The notes beneath the pieces were generated by a model. The model was given only the letters and a program-made list of their open reading frames with translations. It did not search any database and was not told the origin of the DNA. Source: Eledone cirrhosa (Eukaryota). From it: DNA of 64,000 nt. Location: NCBI GenBank assembly GCA_964016885.1, contig OZ024741.1, forward strand, positions 304,978,001-305,042,000, written 5' to 3'. The translations under genes and the position numbers were made by a program. Positions 25,543 through 39,600 of this stretch are shown here, piece by piece. The number at the start of each line of letters is the position of its first letter. Positions within the stretch are counted from its first letter, which is position 1.

Positions 25543-27153
25543 CCTTACACACTTAAATATAAATGCATGTATATATACAAATGTATAAATGCATAGCTAT
25601 ATACATACATAAATGTATGTATGTATATATGTATGTATGTAGATTTATATATATATATATAAATCTACATACATACATTTTTCAATTCAATTCAATATAT
25701 TCAGCAGAAAGTAAAACATAGATGCTTCAGATGCCATGTAAGGAGGGCAGAGGGGAACAATTTACACAGTCCGAAACACAGTGGTCCAACACTGGTCTAA
25801 TTTCGCCTTGAATTGTTGCGTGGTTGGCACATTGACTACTTCTTCTGGAAGCCGATTCCAGGGTCCAGAGATGCGGATCGAGAAATCAGCTTTCCGTCTA
25901 TTTAGACAAAAGCAGCAGTGAAACAGCTTTTTGTCATGTCCACGTAAACCCCTTTCAAGTGCCGAAGTGAATAGGAGATCTTGAGGGAAATCGTAAAGAG
26001 ATTGTAAGCCAAAATGAGATTGCCTCGTAGCCGTCGACGCTCCAAGGAGAAGAGGTTCAGCTTCTGCAGCCGGCTTTCGTAGGGCAGCTCATGAAGACCC
26101 TGTACCATTCGAGTTGCTAGTCATTGAACTCTCTCCAAGTGATGGATATCCTGGATGAGATATGGGTTTGATGCTTGGATGCCATATTCTAGGTGTGGTC
26201 TCACGAGGGCGATATAGAGAGGCCTGAAAATTTCTGGAGTAGTTTGGCAAAGGAGCGTCGAATAAGAAAAAGAGAGCTCCTTGTCTTGTTTGCGACTTGA
26301 ATGCAATGTTTTGATGGTTTGAAGGACAAGTCGACCAGCAGACCAAGATCTTTAGTCTCCTCAACCTCCTTCAAAGGAACAGTGCCACAGTTGAAGGTAA
26401 GAGCTGAGTTATAAGGTGTACCCACTGCCATATGGCAACACTTATCGACATTGAGGTATAAATCCCAATAAATGGACCAACTCCAAGCGCGCTGGAGGCT
26501 GGACTTGAGATTGTTGATCTCGCTCCTACGGGCTACCATTTTCACATCATCTGCAAATAGGAGCACGTTTCCACCAATCACGTCCGGCATGTCGTTGATG
26601 ATTAAATACCACAGCTCTGGCTGAAAGCTGACCAGGTTCTCAACTTCATCAAACACTAACTCAGGCCTGTGTGTGTATATGTGTGTGTGTATATGTGTGT
26701 GTGTGTGTATGTATGTATGTATGCATGTATGTATGTATGTATGTATGTATGTATGTACGTATACATGTGTGTGAATGTTCGTATGTATGTATATGTATAT
26801 ACCCACACCTTTCATGACCATTGCTTCTTTTTGTTGTCATTTCTGTTGAAGTTGTTCTTGTAACTGTTGTCAAAGTTGACGTTCTTATGTTCATTTTCTT
26901 TGATTTCTTTTGTTTTTCTTTTATCTTCCTAGGGAATTCGTTGACAAACTTCTTTTATTTATTTTCTCCGTTTTCTTCATTCAAATGCATTCACACTGGC
27001 TGTCTAAGAGACATACAAATATGACTTATAAAACTTACCAAACTAAAGGGGCTTCCAGCGTCCCCCTAACGCCCCCTTGCTGCAACCCCCCCCCCTCCTG
27101 GAGCTCCGACCCCCCTGGGGGAGGGGGCATATGTCCCCTGTTGAGAACCTTTG
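24465..27153 (-). mobile_element. Non-autonomous hAT element of the same family as 17163-18862, with an unrelated interior
   Basis: Perfect 14-bp TIRs CAAAGGTTCTCAAC. TSD GTGTAAAC / GTGTATAC. 24465-24565 is the reverse complement of about 18756-18862, and the other end matches 17163-17200. Confidence 0.88.
25681..26625 (-). mobile_element. 5'-truncated CR1-clade LINE (second family) nested in the hAT element
   Basis: Encodes INDMPD...LLFADDVK...KDLGLLVD...LYIALVRPHLEY...[16 protein letters not shown], with a (TTGAA)n tail at 25681-25695. Confidence 0.9.
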
Positions 27154-27388
27154 GTGTATACCAAACGATTCTTAGACATTCACACTGGTGGGGAATTTAG
27201 TTAAAGGGCTAGTATAATATATATATATATATATATTTATATTTATTAAAATAACAGATTAAAGTTTAAGCAAGGAATCGCTGCTTTCATCCTGCTTTCA
27301 TCTTCTTGCTCTACGGTTCTTATATATTTGATATATATTTATCCTTATCGAGCCCTCGTTGGATTTTAGTCTTCAAATTTATTATTAT

Positions 27389-27456
<68 letters not shown>

Positions 27457-27458
<2 letters not shown>

Positions 27459-27486
27459 TAGCAAAAGAGCCCGTTGTTGCCGGGCA
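27457..27486 (-). mobile_element. Helitron-like 3' terminus
   Basis: Minus strand reads gcccg-gcaacaa-cgggc-tcttttg-CTAG|T. The other end of the element is not defined. Confidence 0.55.
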
Positions 27487-27934
27487 CACCTTTTGCCACT
27501 GTAAATAAAGACCGCCCTCTCTCCCGAAGAGAAAGAAAAAAGTGGACAGAGGTGCCTGCAAGGAATTGAATCCTACATCAATTGCCAAGAGTTCAATTCC
27601 TCTCAGGTGTTCTTTCCATGTTTTCCCATCTCCAGGTATACTTTACCTGATTTTCTCAACTTTTCTTATGGTCATTTGCATTTGGATGTACACATTTCAA
27701 ATTACAAATTATCCCAATGATTTGTATGTTACCTGCTTTGTTTAAACAGCTTTGAATCATAGAACCAGGAGCGGTTACAAGCAGTTTGGAATCAAAAGGG
27801 TTAATTGCTGATTTTGTGTTGATTACTTGAGTTATTTGAGCAAGTTTGACCTGCAAGTTTGACCTGCTCTCAGTACCTTATGTAAACCAATAATTAGTAT
27901 GCTAGCCTAGTACAATTTAAAAACAAATAATTGA

Positions 27935-28131
27935 CAGTACATTCTGCAGAGTGGCAGTGTTGGTACCATGATAAAATGCACCCAGTATAATATGTAAAGT
28001 GGTAGTGCTGGTGACATGATAAAATGTACTCAGTACACTCTGTAGAGTGGTAGTGCTGGCAATATGATAAAATGCACCCAGTACATTCTGCAAAATGGCA
28101 GTGTTGGTACCATGATAAAATGCACCCAGTA
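27935..28131 (+). repeat. 48-bp minisatellite x4 derived from the SINE/RTE tail unit
   Basis: cagta recurs at 27935, 27983, 28031, 28079 and 28127. Confidence 0.85.
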
Positions 28132-28204
28132 TATATATATATATATATATATGTATTGTACATAGAATAATGTACAAATGTCAGGAAAATGAACAATGTA
28201 AGAG

Positions 28205-28835
28205 TCATGATATACATGTGTGTGTGTATGGAGGGGGGATATCAGGTGTAGTGTTGGCAAATTTCAGGAAGTATGGCGGTTTTAAAGGATGCAGTGTCTC
28301 GGCAGCTAACAACTGATGCAGGTAGTTTGTTCCATGCTTCAGCAACTCTGAGTGTGAAAAAATGTTTCCGAAAGTCATGGGAGCTGTGCTGTTTTCTGAC
28401 TTTGTAGGCATGCCCACGTGTGTTAGACACATGGAAATCAAAAAGCTGTACAGGGTTGTTGTTGACAAGATGGTTAATAATTTTGTGGATGTTTACCAAG
28501 TCAGTTGCCAGACGTCGGAGCTTCAATGTATCCATGCCCAGGGAAGCAAGGTATTCAGAGTATGGTAGATGCCTGATGGAGGGTATTCGCTTGGTTGCAC
28601 GTCTCCGAACAGTTTCCAGGAGGTCAATGTTCTGAGCAAGATAAGGGTTCCAGACTGGTGATGCAAATTCTAAGTGTGACCGCACCATAGCTATATACAG
28701 CTTTAAATATATAGCTGGAGAGTGGCTGACAAAGTTCTTGCTGAGTGATCTGTCCTTTTTATCTCAAGGTACAGCTTGATGTCATCTGCATATTTCAGTA
28801 CTGTGGTGTTCTTTAAGTTGGTATCTATGTCATTA
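28205..28835 (-). mobile_element. CR1-clade LINE 3' fragment
   Basis: Encodes INDID...LKYADDIKL and then, after an internal deletion, MVRSHLEFASPVWNPYL...RVAEAWNKLP. Confidence 0.9.
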
Positions 28836-29444
28836 ATATATATATATATATATAATTTTGGCTAGTGTGACCACTTCTTTGAGGAAGTTGATGTGATGAC
28901 AGACAGAATTACTACTTAAGTAGTATTGAATCTGTCGCTGTACCGAAATTTGGATAAGGATGAAACCTGTGGAAGAAAGGGCTCCAGTTTGAGTGTAGTA
29001 CACGCATGTATTACCTGTATTGTATGTGCATTATATAACTTGTTACATTACTTCCAGGGGTCCCAGAAACCTATCTGAGATTTTATCGATTATATTGATT
29101 TTAATTAACCAGAGATAGTCCAGGTTAGTTTAAACCTTTCTCTATCTATCATCGTTGTGTTATATGTTTAACTGGTGCCTTCTGTCGGTTTTCTTGCTGT
29201 CATACTTTGTAACTGTTGTGTTTTTAACTTTTGATCCATTGAGTGCTTTGTGATTGCCTCAAACAAATCAAATAGTACTTGCTGTACAACAGCTAAAACT
29301 TCGATTTACAACTATTATAATTATATATATATATAAACCAAGCCAAAATCAGTTCTAGCATTGACCATAACAGGACAACTCGTCTAACCCATGCTAGCAT
29401 TGAAAAATTGCCGTAAAACGATGATGATGATGATATATATATAT

Positions 29445-29522
29445 CAGATAGGGACTGGTAAAAAACCAGCTGGACCATAACCCACCAGAGTACTCGATAC
29501 TTGGGGTAGTAGATTGGGTAAT
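29445..29522 (-). mobile_element. Truncated copy of the TA-associated pLTR-like family
   Basis: tggaccataacccaccagagtactcgatacttggggtagtagattgggtaat matches 4871-4922. TA tracts on both sides. Confidence 0.75.
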
Positions 29523-29552
29523 ATATATATATATGCTCCAAAATCATTAGAC

Positions 29553-29642
29553 GTGTCCGTCGAACCTGCAGGTCCAGAATCAGACAGATCCACACAATGA
29601 TCGCGTCTCGAGCTGTCCGCCGGCGAAACAATTGTAACACAC
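29553..29642 (+). ncRNA. Degenerate hammerhead motif within a TA-flanked element (29535-29686)
   Basis: gtgt-CCGTCGA (two changes from CTGANGA)...ccggc-GAAAC-AATT-GTA-acac, then AATAAA at 29643. Loop III is palindromic. Confidence 0.5.
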
Positions 29643-29718
29643 AATAAATTGAGTTCAGATGCATCACTGATTTTTCGTTTTCTATTATATATATATATAT
29701 ATAAAACACAAATAAGAA

Positions 29719-30524
29719 TTAGCTAGAAGTAACCAGAAGGTTGTATGAAATACATAACAAATACACAAGTACATGTAGATTTATACATGCACACACCACA
29801 CACACACACACACATATATACACACACAAGTATATATATATTTTTTCTATATTACATTCAAACAATATAAACAATTTTGAGAGTTATCAAGAAGTTGTGC
29901 TAAAGAAATCATGTCACCTCAACCTGTCACAATAACTACCTCTACTACAACAGCTTCTCTTCTACTTGCTGTTTATCATCCTCATCCTCTTTTTAAATCA
30001 GAAATCATTGGTGAATTGGCAGTATCGGTAGAGGGTCGGACGCCATGCTTTGACGCATAGAGTTACGGCCCTTGCCATTCTGAGTTCAATCCCGCCGAGG
30101 TTAACTTTATTTTATCGACCCCGTAAGGATGTAAGGCAAAGTTAACCTCGGCGGGATTTGAACTCAGAATGGCAAGGGCCGTAACTCTATGCGTCAAAGC
30201 ATGGCGTCCGACCCTCTACCGATACTGCCAATTCACCAATGATTTCTGATTTAAAAAGAGGATGAGGATGATAAACAGCAAGTAGAAGAGAAGCTGTTGT
30301 AGTAGAGGTAGTTATTGTGACAGGTTGAGGTGACATGATTTCTTTAGCACAACTTCTTGATAACTCTCAAAATTGTTTATATTGTTTGAATGTAATATAG
30401 AAAAAATATATATATACTTGTGTGTGTATATATGTGTGTGTGTGTGGTGTGTGCATGTATAAATCTACATGTACTTGTGTATTTGTTATGTATTTCATAC
30501 AACCTTCTGGTTACTTCTAGCTAA
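29719..30524. repeat. Near-perfect ~390-bp inverted duplication with a 29-bp spacer, passing through a SINE
   Basis: 29719-30108 versus 30138-30524; only a 1-bp indel was seen. Confidence 0.95.
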
Positions 30525-30595
30525 GTACCAGTAATGCACTGGGATAATTGCTGGCCTTGTGCCAATAGTAGAAACAATTATTATTATTATTATTA
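30010..30595 (+). mobile_element. Young short SINE rearranged by the inverted duplication
   Basis: Head at 30010-30108, middle inverted at 30109-30137, tail resumes at about 30523 (aagtaccagtaatgcact...attattatt). Confidence 0.85.
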
Positions 30596-30681
30596 TTGGC
30601 AGTATTGGCAGAGCATCTGTTAATATGTTTTGCAACGTATGGTTAAAGTTCTTTACGTTCTGAATTTAAATCTCGATACTT

Positions 30682-33600
30682 CCAACAGTGATATATGTCA
30701 ACAGTGATATATGCCAACAGTGATATATGTCAACAGTGATATATGTCAACAGTGATATATGCCAACAGTGATATATGTCAACAGTGATATATGCCAACAG
30801 TGATATATGTCAACAGTGATATATGTCAACAGTGATATATGTCAACAGTGATATATGTCAACAGTGATATATGTCAACAGTGATATATGCCAACAGTGAT
30901 ATATGTCAACAGTGATATATGCCAACAGTGATATATGCCAACAGTGATATATGCCAACAGTGATATATGCCAACAGTGATATATGTCAACAGTGATATAT
31001 GTCAACAGTGATATATGTCAACAGTGATATATGTCAACAGTGATATATGTCAACAGTGATATATGTCAACAGTGATATATGCCAACAGTGATATATGCCA
31101 ACAGTGATATATGTCAATAGTGATATATGTCAACAGTGATATATGACAACAGTGATATATGTCAACAGTGATATATGTCAACAGTGATATATGTCAACAG
31201 TGATATATGTCAACAGTGATATATGCCAACAGTGATATATGTCAATAGTGATATATGTCAACAGTGATATATGACAACAGTGATATATGTCAACAGTGAT
31301 ATATGTCAACAGTGATATATGTCAACAGTGATATATGCCAACAGTGATATATGTCAATAGTGATATATGTCAACAGTGATATATGTCAACAGTGATATAT
31401 GCCAACAGTGATATATGACAACAGTGATATATGCCAACGGTGATATATGCCAACAGTGATATATGTCAATAGTGATATATGTCAACAGTGATATATGTCA
31501 ATAGTGATATATGTCAACAGTGATATATGTCAACAGTGATATATGTCAACAGTGATATATGCCAACGGTGATATATGCCAACAGTGATATATGTCAACAG
31601 TGATATATGTCAACAGTGATATATGTCAACAGTGATATATGTGCACAGTGATATATGTCAACAGTGATATATGCGAACAGTGATATATGTCAATAGTGAT
31701 ATATGTCAACAGTGATATATGCCAACAGTGATATATGTCAACAGTGATATATGTCAACAGTGATATATGCCAACAGTGATATATGTCAACAGTGATATAT
31801 GTCAACAGTGATATATGTCAACAGTGATATATGTCAACAGTGATATATGTCAACAGTGATATATGACAACAGTGATATATGTCAACAGTGATATATGTCA
31901 ACAGTGATATATGACAACAGTGATATATGCCAACAGTGATATATGTCAACAGTGATATATGTCAACAGTGATATATGCCAACAGTGATATATGACAACAG
32001 TGATATATGTCAACAGTGATATATGTCAACAGTGATATATGACAACAGTGATATATGTCAACAGTGATATATGCCAACAGTCATATATGACAACAGTGAT
32101 ATATATCAACAGTGATATATGTCAACAGTGATATATGTCAACAGTGATATATGACAACAGTGATATATGTCAATAGTGATATATGCCAACAGTGATATAT
32201 GCCAACAGTGATATATGTCAATAGTGATATATGTCAACAGTGATATATGTCAACAGTGATATATGTCAACAGTGATATATGCCAACAGTGATATATGCCA
32301 ACAGTGATATATGTCAACAGTGATATATGCCAACGGTGATATATGCCAACAGTGATATATGTCAACAGTGATATATGTCAATAGTGATATATGTCAACAG
32401 TGATATATGTCAATAGTGATATATGTCAACAGTGATATATGTCAATAGTGATATATGTCAATAGTGATATATGTCAACAGTGATATATGTCAACAGTGGT
32501 ATATGTCAATAGTGATATATGCCAACAGTGATATATGCCAACAGTGATATATGTCAACAGTGATATATGTCAACAGTGATATATGTCAACAGTGATATAT
32601 GTCAATAGTGATATATGTCAACAGTGATATATGTCAACAGTGATATATGTCAACAGTGATATATGCCAACAGTGATATATGTCAATAGTGATATATGTCA
32701 ACAGTGATATATGACAACAATGATATATGTCAACAATGATATATGTCAACAGTGATATATGTCAACAGTGATATATGCCAACAGTGATATATGTCAATAG
32801 TGATATATGTCAACAGTGATATATGTCAACAGTGATATATGCCAACAGTGATATATGACAACAGTGATATATGCCAACGGTGATATATGCCAACAGTGAT
32901 ATATGTCAATAGTGATATATGTCAACAGTGATATATGTCAATAGTGATATATGTCAACAGTGATATATGTCAACAGTGATATATGTCAACAGTGATATAT
33001 GCCAACGGTGATATATGCCAACAGTGATATATGTCAACAGTGATATATGTCAACAGTGATATATGCCAACAGTGATATATGTCAATAGTGATATATGTCA
33101 ACAGTGATATATGCCAACAGTGATATATGTCAACAGTGATATATGTCAACAGTGATATATGCCAACGGTGATATATGTCAACAGTGATATATGTCAACAG
33201 TGATATATGCCAACAGTGATATATGTCAATAGTGATATATGTCAACAGTGATATATGACAACAGTGATATATGTCAACAGTGATATATGTCAACAGTGAT
33301 ATATGTCAACAGTGATATATGCCAACAGTGATATATGTCAATAGTGATATATGTCAACAGTGATATATGTCAACAGTGATATATGCCAACAGTGATATAT
33401 GACAACAGTGATATATGCCAACGGTGATATATGCCAACAGTGATATATGTCAATAGTGATATATGTCAACAGTGATATATGTCAATAGTGATATATGTCA
33501 ACAGTGATATATGTCAACAGTGATATATGTCAACAGTGATATATGCCAACGGTGATATATGCCAACAGTGATATATGTCAACAGTGATATATGTCAACAG

Positions 33601-36600
33601 TGATATATGTCAACAGTGATATATGTCAACAGTGATATATGTCAACAGTGATATATGCCAACAGTGATATATGTCAATAGTGATATATGTCAACAGTGAT
33701 ATATGCCAACAGTGATATATGTCAACAGTGATATATGTCAACAGTGATATATGCCAACAGTGATATATGTCAACAGTGATATATGTCAACAGTGATATAT
33801 GTCAACAGTGATATATGTCAACAGTGATATATGTCAACAGTGATATATGACAACAGTGATATATGTCAACAGTGATATATGTCAACAGTGATATATGACA
33901 ACAGTGATATATGCCAACAGTGATATATGTCAACAGTGATATATGTCAACAGTGATATATGCCAACAGTGATATATGACAACAGTGATATATGTCAACAG
34001 TGATATATGTCAATAGTGATATATGCCAACAGTGATATATGCCAACAGTGATATATGACAACAGTGATATATGTCAACAGTGATATATGTCAACAGTGAT
34101 ATATGTCAACAGTGATATATGTGAACAGTGATATATGACAACAGTGATATATGTCAACAGTGATATATGCCAACAGTCATATATGACAACAGTGATATAT
34201 ATCAACAGTGATATATGTCAACAGTGATATATGTCAACAGTGATATATGACAACAGTGATATATGTCAATAGTGATATATGCCAACAGTGATATATGCCA
34301 ACAGTGATATATGTCAATAGTGATATATGTCAACAGTGATATATGTCAACAGTGATATATGTCAACAGTGATATATGCCAACAGTGATATATGCCAACAG
34401 TGATATATGTCAACAGTGATATATGCCAACGGTGATATATGCCAACAGTGATATATGTCAACAGTGATATATGTCAATAGTGATATATGTCAACAGTGAT
34501 ATATGTCAATAGTGATATATGTCAACAGTGATATATGTCAATAGTGATATATGTCAATAGTGATATATGTCAACAGTGATATATGTCAACAGTGGTATAT
34601 GCCAATAGTGATATATGCCAACAGTGATATATGCCAACAGTGATATATGTCAACAGTGGTATATGTCAACAGTGATATATGCCAACAGTGATATATGCCA
34701 ACAGTGATATATGTCAACAGTGATATATGTCAACAGTGATATATGTCAACAGTGATATATGACAACAGTGATATATGTCAACAGTGATATATGTCAATAG
34801 TGATATATGTCAACAGTGATATATGTCAACAGTGATATATGCCAACAGTGATATATGTCAATAGTGATATATGTCAACAGTGATATATGACAACAGTGAT
34901 ATATGTCAACAGTGATATATGTCAACAGTGATATATGTCAACAGTGATATATGCCAACAGTGATATATGTCAATAGTGATATATGTCAACAGTGATATAT
35001 GTCAACAGTGATATATGCCAACAGTGATATATGACAACAGTGATATATGCCAACGGTGATATATGCCAACGGTGATATATGTCAATAGTGATATATGTCA
35101 ACAGTGATATATGTCAATAGTGATATATGTCAACAGTGATATATGTCAACAGTGATATATGTCAACAGTGATATATGCCAACGGTGATATATGCCAACAG
35201 TGATATATGTCAACAGTGATATATGTCAACAGTGATATATGTCAACAGTGATATATGTCAACAGTGATATATGCCAACAGTGATATATGTCAATAGTGAT
35301 ATATGTAAACAGTGATATATGACAACAGTGATATATGTCAACAGTGATATATGCCAACGGTGATATATGCCAACAGTGATATATGTCAACAGTGATATAT
35401 GTCAACAGTGATATATGTCAATAGTGATATATGCCAACAGTGATATATGCCAACAGTGATATATGACAACAGTGATATATGTCAACAGTGATATATGTCA
35501 ACAGTGATATATGTCAACAGTGATATATGTCAACAGTGATATATGACAACAGTGATATATGTCAACAGTGATATATGCCAACAGTGATATATGACAACAG
35601 TGATATATATCAACAGTGATATATGTCAACAGTGATATATGTCAACAGTGATATATGACAACAGTGATATATGTCAATAGTGATATATGCCAACAGTGAT
35701 ATATGCCAACAGTGATATATGTCAATAGTGATATATGTCAACAGTGATATATGTCAACAGTGATATATGTCAACAGTGATATATGCCAACAGTGATATAT
35801 GCCAACAGTGATATATGTCAACAGTGATATATGCCAACGGTGATATATGCCAACAGTGATATATGTCAACAGTGATATATGTCAATAGTGATATATGTCA
35901 ACAGTGATATATGTCAATAGTGATATATGTCAACAGTGATATATGTCAATAGTGATATATGTCAATAGTGATATATGTCAACAGTGATATATGTCAACAG
36001 TGGTATATGTCAATAGTGATATATGCCAACAGTGATATATGCCAACAGTGATATATGTCAACAGTGATATATGTCAACAGTGATATATGCCAACAGTGAT
36101 ATATGCCAACAGTGATATATGTCAACAGTGATATATGTCAACAGTGATATATGTCAACAGTGATATATGACAACAGTGATATATGTCAACAGTGATATAT
36201 GTCAATAGTGATATATGTCAACAGTGCTATATGTCAACAGTGATATATGCCAACAGTGATATATGTCAATAGTGATATATGTCAACAGTGATATATGACA
36301 ACAGTGATATATGTCAACAGTGATATATGTCAACAGTGATATATGTCAACAGTGATATATGCCAACAGTGATATATGTCAATAGTGATATATGTCAACAG
36401 TGATATATGTCAACAGTGATATATGCCAACAGTGATATATGACAACAGTGATATATGCCAACGGTGATATATGCCAACAGTGATATATGTCAATAGTGAA
36501 ATATGTCAACAGTGATATATGTCAATAGTGATATATGTCAACAGTGATATATGTCAACAGTGATATATGTCAACAGTGATATATGCCAACGGTGATATAT

Positions 36601-39600
36601 GCCAACAGTGATATATGTCAACAGTGATATATGTCAACAGTGATATATGTCAACAGTGATATATGTCAACAGTGATATATGCCAACAGTGATATATGTCA
36701 ATAGTGATATATGTCAACAGTGATATATGCCAACAGTGATATATGTCAACAGTGATATATGTCAACAGTGATATATGCCAACAGTGATATATGTCAACAG
36801 TGCTATATGTCAACAGTGATATATGTCAACAGTGATATATGTCAACAGTGATATATGACAACAGTGATATATGTCAACAGTGATATATGTCAACAGTGAT
36901 ATATGACAACAGTGATATATGCCAACAGTGATATATGTCAACAGTGATATATGTCAACAGTGATATATGCCAACAGTGATATATGACAACAGTGATATAT
37001 GTCAACAGTGATATATGTCAATAGTGATATATGCCAACAGTGATATATGCCAACAGTGATATATGACAACAGTGATATATGTCAACAGTGATATATGTCA
37101 ACAGTGATATATGTCAACAGTGATATATGTCAACAGTGATATATGACAACAGTGATATATGTCAACAGTGATATATGCCAACAGTCATATATGACAACAG
37201 TGATATATATCAACAGTGATATATGTCAACAGTGATATATGTCAACAGTGATATATGACAACAGTGATATATGTCAATAGTGATATATGCCAACAGTGAT
37301 ATATGCCAAAAGTGATATATGTCAATAGTGATATATGTCAACAGTGATATATGTCAACAGTGATATATGTCAACAGTGATATATGCCAACAGTGATATAT
37401 GCCAACAGTGATATATGTCAACAGTGATATATGCCAACGGTGATATATGCCAACAGTGATATATGTCAACAGTGATATATGTCAATAGTGATATATGTCA
37501 ACAGTGATATATGTCAATAGTGATATATGTCAACAGTGATATATGTCAACAGTGATATATGTCAATAGTGATATATGCCAACAGTGATATATGCCAACAG
37601 TGATATATGTCAACAGTGATATATGTCAACAGTGATATATGCCAACAGTGATATATGCCAACAGTGATATATGTCAACAGTGATATATGTCAACAGTGAT
37701 ATATGTCAACAGTGATATATGACAACAGTGATATATGTCAACAGTGATATATGTCAACAGTGATATATGTCAACAGTGATATATGTCAACAGTGATATAT
37801 GCCAACAGTGATATATGTCAATAGTGATATATGTCAACAGTGATATATGACAACAGTGATATATGTCAACAGTGATATATGTCAACAGTGATATATGTCA
37901 ACAGTGATATATGCCAACAGTGATATATGTCAATAGTGATATATGTCAACAGTGATATATGTCAACAGTGATATATGCCAACAGTGATATATGACAACAG
38001 TGATATATGCCAACGGTGATATATGCCAACAGTGATATATGTCAATAGTGATATATGTCAACAGTGATATATGTCAATAGTGATATATGTCAACAGTGAT
38101 ATATGTCAACAGTGATATATGTCAACAGTGATATATGCCAACGGTGATATATGCCAACAGTGATATATGTCAACAGTGATATATGTCAACAGTGATATAT
38201 GTCAACAGTGATATATGTGCACAGTGATATATGTCAACAGTGATATATGCGAACAGTGATATATGTCAATAGTGATATATGTCAACAGTGATATATGCCA
38301 ACAGTGATATATGTCAACAGTGATATATGTCAACAGTGATATATGCCAACAGTGATATATGTCAACAGTGATATATGTCAACAGTGATATATGTCAACAG
38401 TGATATATGTCAACAGTGATATATGTCAACAGTGATATATGACAACAGTGATATATGTCAACAGTGATATATGTCAACAGTGATATATGACAACAGTGAT
38501 ATATGCCAACAGTGATATATGTCAACAGTGATATATGTCAACAGTGATATATGCCAACAGTGATATATGACAACAGTGATATATGTCAACAGTGATATAT
38601 GTCAATAGTGATATATGCCAACAGTGATATATGCCAACAGTGATATATGACAACAGTGATATATGTCAACAGTGATATATGTCAACAGTGATATATGTCA
38701 ACAGTGATATATGTCAACAGTGATATATGACAACAGTGATATATGTCAACAGTGATATATGCCAACAGTCATATATGACAACAGTGATATATATCAACAG
38801 TGATATATGTCAACAGTGATATATGTCAACAGTGATATATGACAACAGTGATATATGTCAATAGTGATATATGCCAACAGTGATATATGCCAACAGTGAT
38901 ATATGTCAATAGTGATATATGTCAACAGTGATATATGTCAACAGTGATATATGTCAACAGTGATATATGCCAACAGTGATATATGCCAACAGTGATATAT
39001 GTCAACAGTGATATATGCCAACGGTGATATATGCCAACAGTGATATATGTCAACAGTGATATATGTCAATAGTGATATATGTCAACAGTGATATATGTCA
39101 ATAGTGATATATGTCAACAGTGATATATGTCAATAGTGATATATGTCAATAGTGATATATGTCAACAGTGATATATGTCAACAGTGGTATATGTCAATAG
39201 TGATATATGCCAACAGTGATATATGCCAACAGTGATATATGTCAACAGTGATATATGTCAACAGTGATATATGTCAACAGTGATATATGTCAATAGTGAT
39301 ATATGTCAACAGTGATATATGTCAACAGTGATATATGTCAACAGTGATATATGCCAACAGTGATATATGTCAATAGTGATATATGTCAACAGTGATATAT
39401 GACAACAATGATATATGTCAACAATGATATATGTCAACAGTGATATATGTCAACAGTGATATATGCCAACAGTGATATATGTCAATAGTGATATATGTCA
39501 ACAGTGATATATGTCAACAGTGATATATGCCAACAGTGATATATGACAACAGTGATATATGCCAACGGTGATATATGCCAACAGTGATATATGTCAATAG

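Noticed and set aside
17163-27153. One large composite transposon formed by the two inverted hAT copies
   Set aside because: Each copy has its own distinct 8-bp TSD, so they are independent insertions.
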